Shown here piece by piece: positions 9,225 through 19,512 of a stretch of 64,000 nt of DNA. This DNA is from an uncultured bacterium (lineage in GTDB: Bacteria > Zixibacteria > MSB-5A5 > UBA10806). A program made the position numbers and the translations under genes. How positions within the stretch are numbered: position 1 is the first letter of the stretch; each line of letters opens with the position of its first letter. The notes under the pieces were generated by a model. It saw only the letters and a program-made list of their open reading frames with translations, was not told where the DNA came from and did no database searches. Location: NCBI GenBank assembly GCA_965541585.1, contig CBEUCH010000001.1, positions 1 to 64,000 of the forward strand. Reading direction: 5' to 3'.

Positions 9225-10616
9225 ATGTCTAATTATTCCGCGATCTTTAACTGCCCGGGATGCGGCTCGCCGCTCGAGATTCAGGAGGGGACGATAAGTT
9301 TGAGTTGTTCTTTTTGCGGACTTATCATGCGAGTCGGATCCCCGGGTAGAATATTGAAATATTTCTACAAATCCGACCTTGACGATTTCGCAGTGAGATT
9401 CGCCGTTGAACGGTATCTTAAAAAGAAGGGATTCCCGCTCAAATTCGAGAAATTGGAAAGCAGGCAATTCCATCTGCCTTTTTACAGGTTCCGGGGGATG
9501 TCCTATGCACTTCTCTCTGAGAAGGTGGGCGGGGACGATGACGACGGCGATGGACAAGTCATGACTTTGAAAAAGAAGGTGTTCCATCGAAAATGCCGCC
9601 ATTTCGATCTTACCATCCCGGCCTTCGATGACAAATCATTCGGCCTGGATTCTCTGGGCATTCGCCCCGAGGTTATGCCGCTTACCGCGTATCAAAAGGA
9701 GATCTTCCCAGCCGAATCGATTCAGGCCGATATCGAGGTATCGCCCGAGGAGGCCAGGGAAAAGGCCATGGCCATGTTTTTTTTCAATCTCGGTTTCGCC
9801 GCTGCAAATAAAGAATGTATGTCATCGGAGATGATCGGCGAGGGTCTCTCGGTAATCTATTATCCCGTCTGGGCCTGCAGTATTCAACAGAATAATATGT
9901 CCAGCACGATGTTTATCGATGGTCTCAACAAAAGGGTATATAATGAAATACCGGGAACGTTTGAGTATCGGTCATCCGGCACGGACCGAAGCAGGGCCGA
10001 AGAGATGAATCCGGTGCAGCACAAATGCCCCAACTGCGGTTTCGATCTGCCGACATCCGAATCGTCTCTGTTTTACTATTGCTCTAACTGTCAGAGATCG
10101 TATTTGATCGAAGACGACGATTACGTTTCTGCGGAAATGGTCGGCGCCTCATACGAAACGGGAGAACATTTTCACCCGTTCTGGCAGTTTGAGTATGCCG
10201 TGGAGGATAACGACACGGTGGGGAAGTTCTCTAAGATTCTCACCGGTGAGATTCCTCTGATTGCGAAGTCGAAGGCGAGCAATCCATTCTATCTCTATGT
10301 GCCGGCATTCAGATCGACAAACCTGAGCACACTGACATCAGTTGGCATCAGGCTTTGTCGCGTTCAACCGGAAATCGAAATCCAGAGGAGAGCTTTCTCC
10401 CGGGATGCGGAGATGGTTCTCCCCAAAGACGAAGCAATAGAACTGGCCAGGTTTTACTGGAATGTCATACGTTCGAGATACCTGTACCTCGGCGGCTCCA
10501 AATTTGATTTCAACTCGCGCGGATTGAGGCAGGGAAAGATCATCTGGCTGTCGCTTTCCAGATCGTATAGCCATTCAAAGAAACACAGAGCGGAAAAGGC
10601 GAAGATCTATTCCTGA
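9225..10616 (+). CDS. Zinc-ribbon-containing protein (YdjG-like partner of SPFH protein)
   Basis: CPGCG..CSFCG at the N-terminus, CPNCG..CSNC internally, repeated PFY/PVW/PFW motifs; 16 nt downstream of the SPFH gene. Confidence 0.6.
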   Translation: MSNYSAIFNCPGCGSPLEIQEGTISLSCSFCGLIMRVGSPGRILKYFYKSDLDDFAVRFAVERYLKKKGFPLKFEKLESRQFHLPFYRFRGMSYALLSEKVGGDDDDGDGQVMTLKKKVFHRKCRHFDLTIPAFDDKSFGLDSLGIRPEVMPLTAYQKEIFPAESIQADIEVSPEEAREKAMAMFFFNLGFAAANKECMSSEMIGEGLSVIYYPVWACSIQQNNMSSTMFIDGLNKRVYNEIPGTFEYRSSGTDRSRAEEMNPVQHKCPNCGFDLPTSESSLFYYCSNCQRSYLIEDDDYVSAEMVGASYETGEHFHPFWQFEYAVEDNDTVGKFSKILTGEIPLIAKSKASNPFYLYVPAFRSTNLSTLTSVGIRLCRVQPEIEIQRRAFSRDAEMVLPKDEAIELARFYWNVIRSRYLYLGGSKFDFNSRGLRQGKIIWLSLSRSYSHSKKHRAEKAKIYS

Positions 10617-10642
10617 ACTCGATCTAGCTCATACCTTCCATA

Positions 10643-10671
10643 TTGACAGATCGGATCAAAATCCCTACCAT
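10643..10671 (+). promoter_or_regulatory. Putative sigma70 promoter
   Basis: TTGACA-N17-TACCAT upstream of ggt. Confidence 0.5.
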
Positions 10672-10772
10672 GGCTCAAATGGTTTTCTTTCAGAATTGCT
10701 CAGTGGTCTTATGTTTATGATCCAATTCTGCAATTGATGCCCTTTATCTGAATGCGTTTGGAGAACGATAAT

Positions 10773-12353
10773 ATGTTTGACTGGGATTTTCCATATGCCT
10801 CGCGGCGGATGCCTGTAATTGCCCGAAATGTTGTTGCCACCTCTCAGCCTCTGGCGGCGCAAGCTGGTCTGAGGATGTTGTTGAAGGGGGGCAACGCGGT
10901 CGACGCGGCTATAGGGACGGCCATTGCACTGACAGTCGTGGAACCGACCAGTAACGGCATAGGCAGCGATGCCTTCGCAATTGTCTGGGAAGGAAACGAA
11001 TTACAGGGTGTGAACGGTTCAGGCCGTTCCCCTTCTAGCTGGAACTACGAAAAGTTTGCTCATTTAGAGAAAATGCCTATGCGCGGATGGGATTCGGTGA
11101 CCGTTCCGGGAGCAGTATCCGTCTGGGTGGATCTATCCCGGAGATTCGGACGGTTGCCTTTGGCAGATCTCTTCGAACCGGCTATCCATTATGCCGCGGA
11201 CGGATTTCCCGTTTCCCCGAAGACTGCCGCCGCCTGGGGTACTGCCCTTGAGGATTATAAGGATTTCCCGGATTTCGGGAAGACATTCCTGCCGGGTGGA
11301 CGTTCGCCCGATGCGGGTGAGATATTTAAATGCCCGGACCAGGCTAAGACGTTAGAGGAGATAGCAAATACATCAGGAGAATCCTTTCACCGGGGAAAAC
11401 TGGCTGAGAGAATAGCAGATTATTCAAAGCGCCAGGGGGGATCTTTATCTTTCGAGGATTTAGCGACGCATAAAACCGAATGGGTAAAACCTCTCTTTCA
11501 AGACTACCGCGGATTTGTTTTACATGAGCTCCCTCCGAACGGGCAAGGGCTGGCTGTTCTCATAGCAGTCGGGATATTGAAGCACTTCGATTTGGGAAAG
11601 TATCCAGTCGATTCGGCGGATAGTATTCATTTGCAGATCGAGGCGATGAAATTGGGTTTCGCCGACGTCGAACGACATTTGGCTGATCCTGAATACATGT
11701 CCGTGGATTATTCTGCTCTATTGGATGATGACTATCTAACCTCAAGAGCGAAATTGATCGATATGCAAGAGGCTGGATTTCCTATCACGGGAATTCCGCA
11801 TGAAGGTGGCACAGTCTATCTGACTGCAGCCGATTCGGATGGCTTGATGGTATCATTTATTCAATCGAACTTCCGGGGGTTCGGTTCAGGCGTTGTAATA
11901 CCGGGTACCGGGATCAGCATGCAGAATCGCGGCTGTGGTTTTACGCTGGAACGAGGACATCCGAACCAGGTCGATGGGGGGAAGCGCCCTTACCACACAA
12001 TAATGCCCGGTTTTGTGACAGGGAATAACCTTCCCGTTATGAGCTTCGGGGTAATGGGCGGCCATATGCAGCCCCAGGGGCATCTGCAGATGATGGTGCG
12101 GATTTTTGATTATCGCCAGAATCCTCAGACGGCTTCCGATGCTCCTCGCTGGTGTCTCCTCGAGGATATGCGGGTGGCCGTCGAGCCCGGCTTCTCACCC
12201 GGTGTTCTGGATCAACTATCTGATCGTGGGCATAAGATCGTAACAGGTTTGCCGGAACAAACGTTCGGCGGCGCACAGCTTATATACAAGACGGACGACC
12301 ATTATATTGCTGCATCGGATCATCGAAAGGATGGTTTGGCTGTCGGATTCTGA
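10773..12353 (+). CDS. ggt: Gamma-glutamyltransferase family protein (cytoplasmic, YwrD-like)
   Basis: VATSQPLA, GGNAVDAA, SVTVPG, ELPPNGQG, GTVYL (autocleavage Thr), RPYHTIMP, GVMGGHMQPQGH; no signal peptide. Alternative start at 10752. Confidence 0.9.
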   Translation: MFDWDFPYASRRMPVIARNVVATSQPLAAQAGLRMLLKGGNAVDAAIGTAIALTVVEPTSNGIGSDAFAIVWEGNELQGVNGSGRSPSSWNYEKFAHLEKMPMRGWDSVTVPGAVSVWVDLSRRFGRLPLADLFEPAIHYAADGFPVSPKTAAAWGTALEDYKDFPDFGKTFLPGGRSPDAGEIFKCPDQAKTLEEIANTSGESFHRGKLAERIADYSKRQGGSLSFEDLATHKTEWVKPLFQDYRGFVLHELPPNGQGLAVLIAVGILKHFDLGKYPVDSADSIHLQIEAMKLGFADVERHLADPEYMSVDYSALLDDDYLTSRAKLIDMQEAGFPITGIPHEGGTVYLTAADSDGLMVSFIQSNFRGFGSGVVIPGTGISMQNRGCGFTLERGHPNQVDGGKRPYHTIMPGFVTGNNLPVMSFGVMGGHMQPQGHLQMMVRIFDYRQNPQTASDAPRWCLLEDMRVAVEPGFSPGVLDQLSDRGHKIVTGLPEQTFGGAQLIYKTDDHYIAASDHRKDGLAVGF

Positions 12354-12476
12354 AAATTCTGATGTTTTGACAGAGTTTATATGCTGAAATTGAAAACGGC
12401 TTCCGGTGGCTGTCTGTAAAACGGGGTATATCTTTCGGTGTTTTTATTAAAGGCTAAATCAGCTGGGGATCTTGAA

Positions 12477-13571
12477 TCAACCGATCTCCAGCATCCTGTC
12501 TAATGAAGCACGGGCCTTATTCATTAGATTTTCGGGGAGGGTGATCTCGTATTGTGTTTTCTCCAGAGCGGCCAGGGTATCTTCGAGCGTAATCAGGTTC
12601 ATATGCGGGCAGCGGACACTGCATAGCCGGAGCATCTTCCTTTGCGGATTTTCCGCGGCGATATTATCGCCCATGCTGCATTCGGTCAGGAGCAAGTAGC
12701 AGGGGGCATGGATATTCTTGACATGCTCTATCATCGCCTTAGTGCTGCCGGAGAAATCGCAGGCCTCGATCACCGCGGGGCTGCATTCCGGATGGGCGAG
12801 GATTACGGTCTCCGGGAACTGCTTTCTGACATTCTCTATATCCTCGACCGTGAACTTCTCATGGACCTCACAACGACCCTGCCAACCTATGAGGACACGC
12901 TTGAAGTTGCCGGGATCATCGTTTCCATTTCCACGAGGATGGAACGGGAAGACAATCGGCATGCCAATTTCCGCAGCCACGTTTTTCGATAGGTACTCGT
13001 CGGGCAAAAAGATGATCTTATCATATCCCTTCCCGATGAGGTATCTTATCACGGCCGCTGCATTTGAGGAAGTGCAGCAAATGTCGGTCTCAGCCTTAAC
13101 GTCGGCGTAGGTGTTGACATAGCTAACCACCGGCACTCCCGGATATCGTTTCTTCAAGCGTCGAACATCATCGCCTGTGATGCTTGCGGCAAGAGAGCAG
13201 CCTGCCTTTTCGGCTGGAAGCAGTACCGTCCGCTTCGGATTTAGAATCTTAGCCGTCTCCGCCATGAAACGAACCCCGCAGAAGACTATGGTATCAGCAT
13301 CGGTTTCCGCCGAGATGCGGGCCAGTTCCAGAGAGTCGCCAGTATAATCTGATACAGAGTGGTATAGAGCAGGCTCCATGTAGTTATGAGCCAGAATGAT
13401 GGCATTCAGTTGCTTTTTGAGTTGATTTATCTTGAAGGCCAGTTCGGCTTTATGTGGCAGTTCAAAATCCGGGACGATACCGTGGAGCCTTACCCTCATG
13501 AGCTCAAGCGTCTCCTCGATACTTAAGGCATCCGGGATATTCGGTTTAGATATTGCCGTTTCGCTCTTCAT
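12477..13571 (-). CDS. nadA: Quinolinate synthase A
   Basis: ILAHNY, FCGVRFMAETAKIL, AGCSLA, CTSSNA, CEVHE, AHPEC, GST, CPHM motifs. Confidence 0.95.
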   Translation of the reverse strand: MKSETAISKPNIPDALSIEETLELMRVRLHGIVPDFELPHKAELAFKINQLKKQLNAIILAHNYMEPALYHSVSDYTGDSLELARISAETDADTIVFCGVRFMAETAKILNPKRTVLLPAEKAGCSLAASITGDDVRRLKKRYPGVPVVSYVNTYADVKAETDICCTSSNAAAVIRYLIGKGYDKIIFLPDEYLSKNVAAEIGMPIVFPFHPRGNGNDDPGNFKRVLIGWQGRCEVHEKFTVEDIENVRKQFPETVILAHPECSPAVIEACDFSGSTKAMIEHVKNIHAPCYLLLTECSMGDNIAAENPQRKMLRLCSVRCPHMNLITLEDTLAALEKTQYEITLPENLMNKARASLDRMLEIG

Positions 13572-13679
13572 TTTTCACAGCCAAAAACAAATTTATATTT
13601 GTCCTACATTCTATGCTAAGAACCAATTTCGCATTCCATGTTGTTCCCTGGTGAGGATATCGACGATGACGAGGAGTTC

Positions 13680-14816
13680 TTACGCGTCGGCGCCTTTTAG
13701 ATTTTCTTTCGAGAAGGCACTTTCCAACTCAGGGTCGGTGAAAACGCCGTCTTCACGGATCAATTTGCCGTCGAATAGGATCTCCCCGCCACCGTAATCA
13801 GGACGCTGAATCTGCACCAGATCCCAGTGAATGGCGGAAATGTTGCCGTTTGGCGCCAGTTCATAGCACTGGCCGGGGGTTAGATGGAATGATCCGGCGA
13901 TCTTCTCGTCGAATAAAGTGTCCTTCATGGGATGAAGTATGAATGGATTCAGCCCGATTGCGAATTCCCCGATATATCGGGCGCCCTCGTCAGTGTCCAG
14001 GATGCCGTTTAGCTTCTTGGCCAGGCCGTCGCAGGTCGCCTCGACAATCCTGCCGTCTTTGAAGGTGAATGAAATATTGGTGTAAACGGTTCCCTGGTAA
14101 AGGGATGGCGTGTTATAGGCGATTGTGCCGTTGATTGATTCTCGGACTGGAGCCGTGTACACTTCGCCGTCAGGAATATTCCGTCTGCCGTCACACTTGA
14201 CAATCGGTATCTCCTTGATTGAAAAGGTCAGGTCGGTGCCCGGGGCCTTGATCTGCACTTTATCCGTGGCCTCCATCAACCCGATCAGCCCGTCCATAGC
14301 TTTTGACATCCTGGCGTAATCCGCACAGCAAACATCATAGTAGAAATCCTCGAACGCCTCCTGCGAAGTCTCTGCCAGTTGCGCCATGGCATTATTTGGA
14401 AATCGAAGAACCACCCATTTTTTCCGCTGGACTCTTTCCTCCAGGTGAACCGGTTTGTAGAAAAGGGTATTATTCCTATCGATCTGTTTTCTATCGATAT
14501 CGGCCAGATCGAACGGGTTGTCGGGTCCCCTGAGACCGATATAGGCATCGGCTCGCTTCATCAGCTCGAGATGCAATTCGGCCTGTTTTCTGAACTGATC
14601 GTCGCCGGCGGATTTTACCCATTGCCGCACCAGGGATTCGTCGCTATAAAACCAGAAGGGTGTCGCTCCTCTTTCGGTTGCTAACCTGATAATCTGTTTG
14701 CCCAGTTCGAGAGCATCCTTACCTTTTATCTCCAGATACAGCACCTCTCCCTTTTGAAGTCTGATGGAGTAATCGATCAATTGCCGGGCCAGAGTCTCGT
14801 TTCTTTTATCCTTCAT
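13680..14816 (-). CDS. Aminopeptidase, peptidase M29 (AmpS/AmpT) family
   Basis: NIPDGEVYTAP, GEFAIGLNP, LFDEKIAGSFHLTPG, SAIHWD; AGGAG RBS before Met at 14816. Confidence 0.92.
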   Translation of the reverse strand: MKDKRNETLARQLIDYSIRLQKGEVLYLEIKGKDALELGKQIIRLATERGATPFWFYSDESLVRQWVKSAGDDQFRKQAELHLELMKRADAYIGLRGPDNPFDLADIDRKQIDRNNTLFYKPVHLEERVQRKKWVVLRFPNNAMAQLAETSQEAFEDFYYDVCCADYARMSKAMDGLIGLMEATDKVQIKAPGTDLTFSIKEIPIVKCDGRRNIPDGEVYTAPVRESINGTIAYNTPSLYQGTVYTNISFTFKDGRIVEATCDGLAKKLNGILDTDEGARYIGEFAIGLNPFILHPMKDTLFDEKIAGSFHLTPGQCYELAPNGNISAIHWDLVQIQRPDYGGGEILFDGKLIREDGVFTDPELESAFSKENLKGADA

Positions 14817-15049
14817 TCGAACTCCTATCCAAGTAATCCGATAATATGAACCATGCCATGATAACGATTGGGCTGTTTTTATGCAACAGACAGTCATCAG
14901 ATATTTTGGAGTATTGCCGACAAAAAAAAGAAGCGATCTTTGAAGAACTTTTCAGATCGGATTGGCGTTATTGTCAACGCTGGCTGCCCGCTGATAGGGG
15001 CATTGAATAAATTATTTGTTGCGATAGGTTTTAAGAATAGGAGAAATAG

Positions 15050-17332
15050 ATGGCTTACGTCGAAATCAGGGATTGGATCAGGGAGTTAAAGCCCGGGAAG
15101 AAAAAGGATGGAGTATTAAAAGAATACGGAGGAATCTCTCGCGAATCTCTGGAGAAAATGTATCGCACCATGGTGCTGGCGCGCCGGATTGAGCATGAAG
15201 AGAAAATGCTGCTGCGAAAGGGATTCACCCGGTTTTTCATCGGTTGCGGGGGTAAAGAGCTTATTGACGTCGTAGCCGCACAGGCGCTCAACCCGGGCGA
15301 TCCGTTTATCGGTTATTACCGTAATAAGGCATTTGATGTATATCGGGGCGTTTCCATCAAGCAGAAGATTTACGAGGCGGTTGGCGATTCCCGGGCAGAA
15401 TCGACGGGCGGCATGCTGCAGCCGTCGCACTCATCATACCCGGAATTAGGGATTTTGCCTCAGGCATCACCCACAGGTTCCAACGCCCTGGAGGCGGCTG
15501 GTCTGGGGGAGGCCATCAAGAATCCGACGCCGATAAACGGACCGGTGGGAATCCCCGGTGGCCGTTTCAAGCGGGATGCCATCGTATTTTGCGCCATCGG
15601 TGAGGGTTCCACGTCATCGCCGGAGTTCCATCGGGCGGTCTTCTACTCCGTTTATAATAAGACACCGAATATTTTCGGCATCTATAATTGCGGCTGGGCT
15701 ATCTCGACCAGCGTGCATGAGCAGTTTCCCGAGGGCAATCCCACGACGTCGTTCGAGGGCTTCCAGAGATTCGGCCTGCTGATAGAGGATTTCGACGGCA
15801 CCGACATCAAGGAATCGATCGCGGCCTTCGGCCGAATCGTCAAGTATGTAAAATCCGGCAAAGGCCCGGTCATCGCCAATATCAATGTCACCAGGGAGGA
15901 TTCGCATTCCGGCTCGGACGATCAGACGCACTACATGGAATTGAAGGAGCAGAAATATCATATCGAGCATGACCCGCTTAGAAAGGCGGGCAAGCAACTT
16001 ATCGACGACGGCCTGTTTACGCCCGAGGAACTGGCATCCATGTACGATGATATCGACAAGGAGGTGGCAACGATCTCGGCGGAGGTGATAGCGGATATCC
16101 ATTACAAAAAAGCGTCGCAAATATTGACAAAGGTCTACAGCTATAATCACGATACCGCTCTTCAACGCTGGGATAAGCTCTTGAAAGAAAAAGCCGGGAT
16201 CAGAGCGGAACGCTACAAAGAATTTCATGAAAAAGGATATTTCCCCAGCGCCGATTTGCCTGAAAACCAGGGCCCCATGAGTATGCGCACGGCCATAAAC
16301 TATTCGCTATTCGATATTTTTATGATGTCCGAAAACAGTATTCTATTCGGCGAGGACGTGGCCGATTTCGCTCGGGAGGTATTCGAAAAAGGCGAAGAGG
16401 CAATCAAGGGGCTCAGAGGAAAGGGCGGCGTTTTCCTGACCACCAGGAATCTCCTGAGGGCATTCGGGCTCAACCGGGTCTATAATACACAGCTTGACGA
16501 GGCCGGCATTCTGGGGCGGGCCCAGGGGCACTCCTACCAGGGGAGGGTACCGTTCCCGGAGATCCAGTTTATCGATTATGTCAGCCCCGGCTACCAGCAG
16601 CTCAAGGACAGGATCGTCACCGCCCACCAACGCTCCAATGGCAAGGTGCAGTTGCCAATGGTTATCAGGGTCTCGTACGGCGGCTACAAGCAAGGTGCGG
16701 GGGCCATGTGGCATTCGGAGGCCAATCTCGGCACTTTTATAAATATGCCCGGCCTACATGTGGTGGTGCCGTCCAACGCCGCTGATGCCGCCGGACTTCT
16801 GCGCACGGCCTTTGTGAGCGGGGACCCGGTGCTCTATTGCGAATCGGTGGCACTATATAACCGTCGCGATTGGGACGGCTACAATATCCTGGCCAAATAC
16901 CCGCCCATCGAGGAGTTGATTCCGTTCGGGAAGGCGGAGGTCTATAACGAGAGCGCCACGGATATCGCTATCATCAGCTACGGGATAACGTTGCCGATGT
17001 CTCTCAGGGTAATGGAGCAGTTGGCGGAGAAGGGGATAAATGCCAGGGTGGTCGATCTCAGGACGGTCAAGCCGATGGACTGGGAGACGATTGAAAAGGC
17101 GGCTGTTGACTGCTCAAAGGTATTGATCGTCTCCGAGGATCGCTTCTACGGCGGCGTAGGGCCCACTATATCGGCCTATATAGCCAACCAGCAGTTCGAG
17201 CATCTCGATGCCCCCGTGCGGCTCATTACGGCCCAGGATGCGCGGGTAGCCTACGGCCCTGACGGCGACGAGATCTGCCTCCCTCAGCAGGATAAGGTGC
17301 TTGAGGCGGCGGTGGAGCTGGCGGAGTATTAG
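15050..17332 (+). CDS. 2-oxoacid dehydrogenase E1, fused alpha/beta subunits (branched-chain type)
   Basis: GEG...N ThDP motif, HSGSDD, FGEDVA, GGVF, EIQFIDY, WHSE, VDLRT. Confidence 0.9.
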   Translation: MAYVEIRDWIRELKPGKKKDGVLKEYGGISRESLEKMYRTMVLARRIEHEEKMLLRKGFTRFFIGCGGKELIDVVAAQALNPGDPFIGYYRNKAFDVYRGVSIKQKIYEAVGDSRAESTGGMLQPSHSSYPELGILPQASPTGSNALEAAGLGEAIKNPTPINGPVGIPGGRFKRDAIVFCAIGEGSTSSPEFHRAVFYSVYNKTPNIFGIYNCGWAISTSVHEQFPEGNPTTSFEGFQRFGLLIEDFDGTDIKESIAAFGRIVKYVKSGKGPVIANINVTREDSHSGSDDQTHYMELKEQKYHIEHDPLRKAGKQLIDDGLFTPEELASMYDDIDKEVATISAEVIADIHYKKASQILTKVYSYNHDTALQRWDKLLKEKAGIRAERYKEFHEKGYFPSADLPENQGPMSMRTAINYSLFDIFMMSENSILFGEDVADFAREVFEKGEEAIKGLRGKGGVFLTTRNLLRAFGLNRVYNTQLDEAGILGRAQGHSYQGRVPFPEIQFIDYVSPGYQQLKDRIVTAHQRSNGKVQLPMVIRVSYGGYKQGAGAMWHSEANLGTFINMPGLHVVVPSNAADAAGLLRTAFVSGDPVLYCESVALYNRRDWDGYNILAKYPPIEELIPFGKAEVYNESATDIAIISYGITLPMSLRVMEQLAEKGINARVVDLRTVKPMDWETIEKAAVDCSKVLIVSEDRFYGGVGPTISAYIANQQFEHLDAPVRLITAQDARVAYGPDGDEICLPQQDKVLEAAVELAEY

Positions 17333-17361
17333 GGAATAAAATAATTTTCGATTGTATATTT

Positions 17362-17586
17362 CGTAGGGGTCGGGTTACCCTACCCCTACGGAGAGTATTA
17401 AATGTCCACTGTGCCGTCAGACAGTAGATCGGGTTCCCTGCGGGTCCTGCGGATCTGTATGATCGTATGACCGAATGCAGCAAAAGGGAATGAGAAACCC
17501 GACAAAAGTGCTGCTTTTCGTAGGAGGGAAGCTTGCTCCCCGCCCCTACATTTCTTTCGTAGGGGTCAGGTAACCTGAACCCTACG
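17362..17586. repeat. Cluster of three GTAG-type REP-like palindromes
   Basis: CGTAGGGGT..ACCCCTACG (17362-17390), CGTAGGAGGG..GCCCCTAC (17519-17549) and CGTAGGGGTCAGG..CCTGAACCCTACG (17558-17586), between convergent genes. Confidence 0.75.
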
Positions 17587-17602
17587 GAACACATCAAATA
17601 GC

Positions 17603-19231
17603 CTATCCCAGGAAAGGATACTTGTAATCTTTAGGTGGTACTAAAGTCTCTTTTACGCTTCTGGGGGATGTCCAGCGGATCATGTTCAGCAAAGAGCCCG
17701 CCTTGTCGTTGGTGCCGGAGGCTCTCGATCCGCCGAACGGCTGCTGTCCAACCACGGCCCCCGTCGGCTTATCGTTGATATAGAAATTACCGGCGGCATG
17801 ACGCAATATGGTGGAGGCTCTGTCTATGGCCGCCCGATCCCGCGCGAAAATAGCGCCGGTCAGGGCATAGGGGGATGTCTTATCGCACAGTTCGAGCGTT
17901 TCATCGTATTTGGCGTCCTCATAAACATAGACGGTCATCACCGGCCCGAATATCTCCTCCTCCATCAGCTTGAAATGGGGATCGGTGGTCACGAAAAGTG
18001 TCGGCTCGATAAAATACCCCCGGGAATCGTCGCAGTTGCCACCGTAGACCAGTTCCGCATCTTTGGATTTTTTGGCGTAGTCTATGAACGATTTAATGGA
18101 ATCGAAAGCGTCTTTATCGATGACGGCATTGACGAAGCAGGAGAGATCGTCGGGATCGCCCATCTTCATCTCTTTTGCATGATCGATCAATATCTCTTTT
18201 AGCTGCGGCCAGAGTGATTTCGGGATATAGGCCCTGGAGGCGGCGGAGCATTTCTGCCCCTGGTACTCGTAGGCGCCCCTGGTCATGGCGGCGGCGGTAG
18301 AATGCAGATCGGCGGAACTATGCACTACAATGAAGTCCTTCCCGCCGGTTTCCCCGACAATGCGGGGATACGATCTGTAGTTTTTGATATTCTCGCCGAC
18401 CACTCGCCACATGGTATGGAAAGTCGCTGTGCTGCCGGTGAAATGAATGCCGGCCAGATTCGGATTATTCAATATCAATTCACCGACGTCGCTACCGCGA
18501 GCTGTTACCATATTGACCACACCATCGGGCAGGCCGGCCTCATGCAGAATCTGCATTATCAGGCGAGCCGTATAGACCACGCTGGATGCCGGTTTCCAGA
18601 TCACGGTATTGCCCATGATGGCAGGCGCGGTCGGCAGGTTACCCGCTATAGAGACGAAATTGAAGGGTGTAGCCGCAAAGACGAATCCCTCGAGGGGGCG
18701 ATATTCTAGCCGATTCCACATGGCCTCGCCGGAGTCGGGGTTGTCGGGCTGCATATCGAAAATCTGCTCGGTGTAATAGACGTTGTAACGGAAGAAATCC
18801 ACAAGTTCGCAGACAGCATCGATCTCGGCCTGAAATACATTCTTATCGTGCGCCAGCATGGTGGCGGCGTTCATCTCATAGCGATATGGCCCCGCCAGCA
18901 GGTCGGCGGCTTTCAGGAATATGGATGCCCGGTGCTCCCAGGGCATGGCTTCCCAGGCAGGTTTGGCCTTCAAAGCAGCTTCTACAGCCGCCTCGACCTC
19001 GCCTTTGCCGCCTCTGAAATAATGCCCCAGAACATGCTTGCGATCATGGGGGGTGGTCATGGGAACCTTGTTCGAAGTTGTAATCTCCTGGCCGCCGATA
19101 ATCATGGGGGCGTCGATCTGCATGTTCTTAAGCCGGTGCAGTTCTTCAGTCAGTTTCGCTCGCTCGGGGGAGCCGGGAGCGTACGAACAGACAGGCTCGT
19201 TTTTTGGCACGGGTACCCTGAAATTACTCAT
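17603..19231 (-). CDS. pruA: L-glutamate gamma-semialdehyde (P5C) dehydrogenase
   Basis: QAEIDAVCEL, PFNF, FTGST, GETGGKDF, EYQGQKCSA, EEIFGP, KPTGAVVGQQPFGG. Confidence 0.95.
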   Translation of the reverse strand: MSNFRVPVPKNEPVCSYAPGSPERAKLTEELHRLKNMQIDAPMIIGGQEITTSNKVPMTTPHDRKHVLGHYFRGGKGEVEAAVEAALKAKPAWEAMPWEHRASIFLKAADLLAGPYRYEMNAATMLAHDKNVFQAEIDAVCELVDFFRYNVYYTEQIFDMQPDNPDSGEAMWNRLEYRPLEGFVFAATPFNFVSIAGNLPTAPAIMGNTVIWKPASSVVYTARLIMQILHEAGLPDGVVNMVTARGSDVGELILNNPNLAGIHFTGSTATFHTMWRVVGENIKNYRSYPRIVGETGGKDFIVVHSSADLHSTAAAMTRGAYEYQGQKCSAASRAYIPKSLWPQLKEILIDHAKEMKMGDPDDLSCFVNAVIDKDAFDSIKSFIDYAKKSKDAELVYGGNCDDSRGYFIEPTLFVTTDPHFKLMEEEIFGPVMTVYVYEDAKYDETLELCDKTSPYALTGAIFARDRAAIDRASTILRHAAGNFYINDKPTGAVVGQQPFGGSRASGTNDKAGSLLNMIRWTSPRSVKETLVPPKDYKYPFLG

Positions 19232-19512
19232 TCTATCCTCCAGGCATCATCAATAATCCATATCCCGCACCGTGCGCCCATGCGCACGAATCTACATAGA
19301 AATTGATATAGTCAATTTAGTCAAGCAATTATTGGTACGCCGGCTTAGTGGGCTCTAAGGTTATTTGACATCCGGGAGATTTGATTGTAGATATTCAAGC
19401 GCGGAGTGGATAGTATACTTAAGGGAGTTTCAGCCGAATTAAGGAAACCAAACGGCTGCCGATGAGGTATCATTAAGTCAAAGAATCTAACCCGGATAAA
19501 CAAGGAGGAGAT

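Noticed and set aside
15050..17332. E1 alpha-beta fusion as a novelty
   Set aside because: This fusion is common in FCB-group and other bacteria
17362..17586. CRISPR array
   Set aside because: Repeats are non-identical with irregular spacing (about 128 and 8 nt) and there are no cas genes; they fit REP-like elements better
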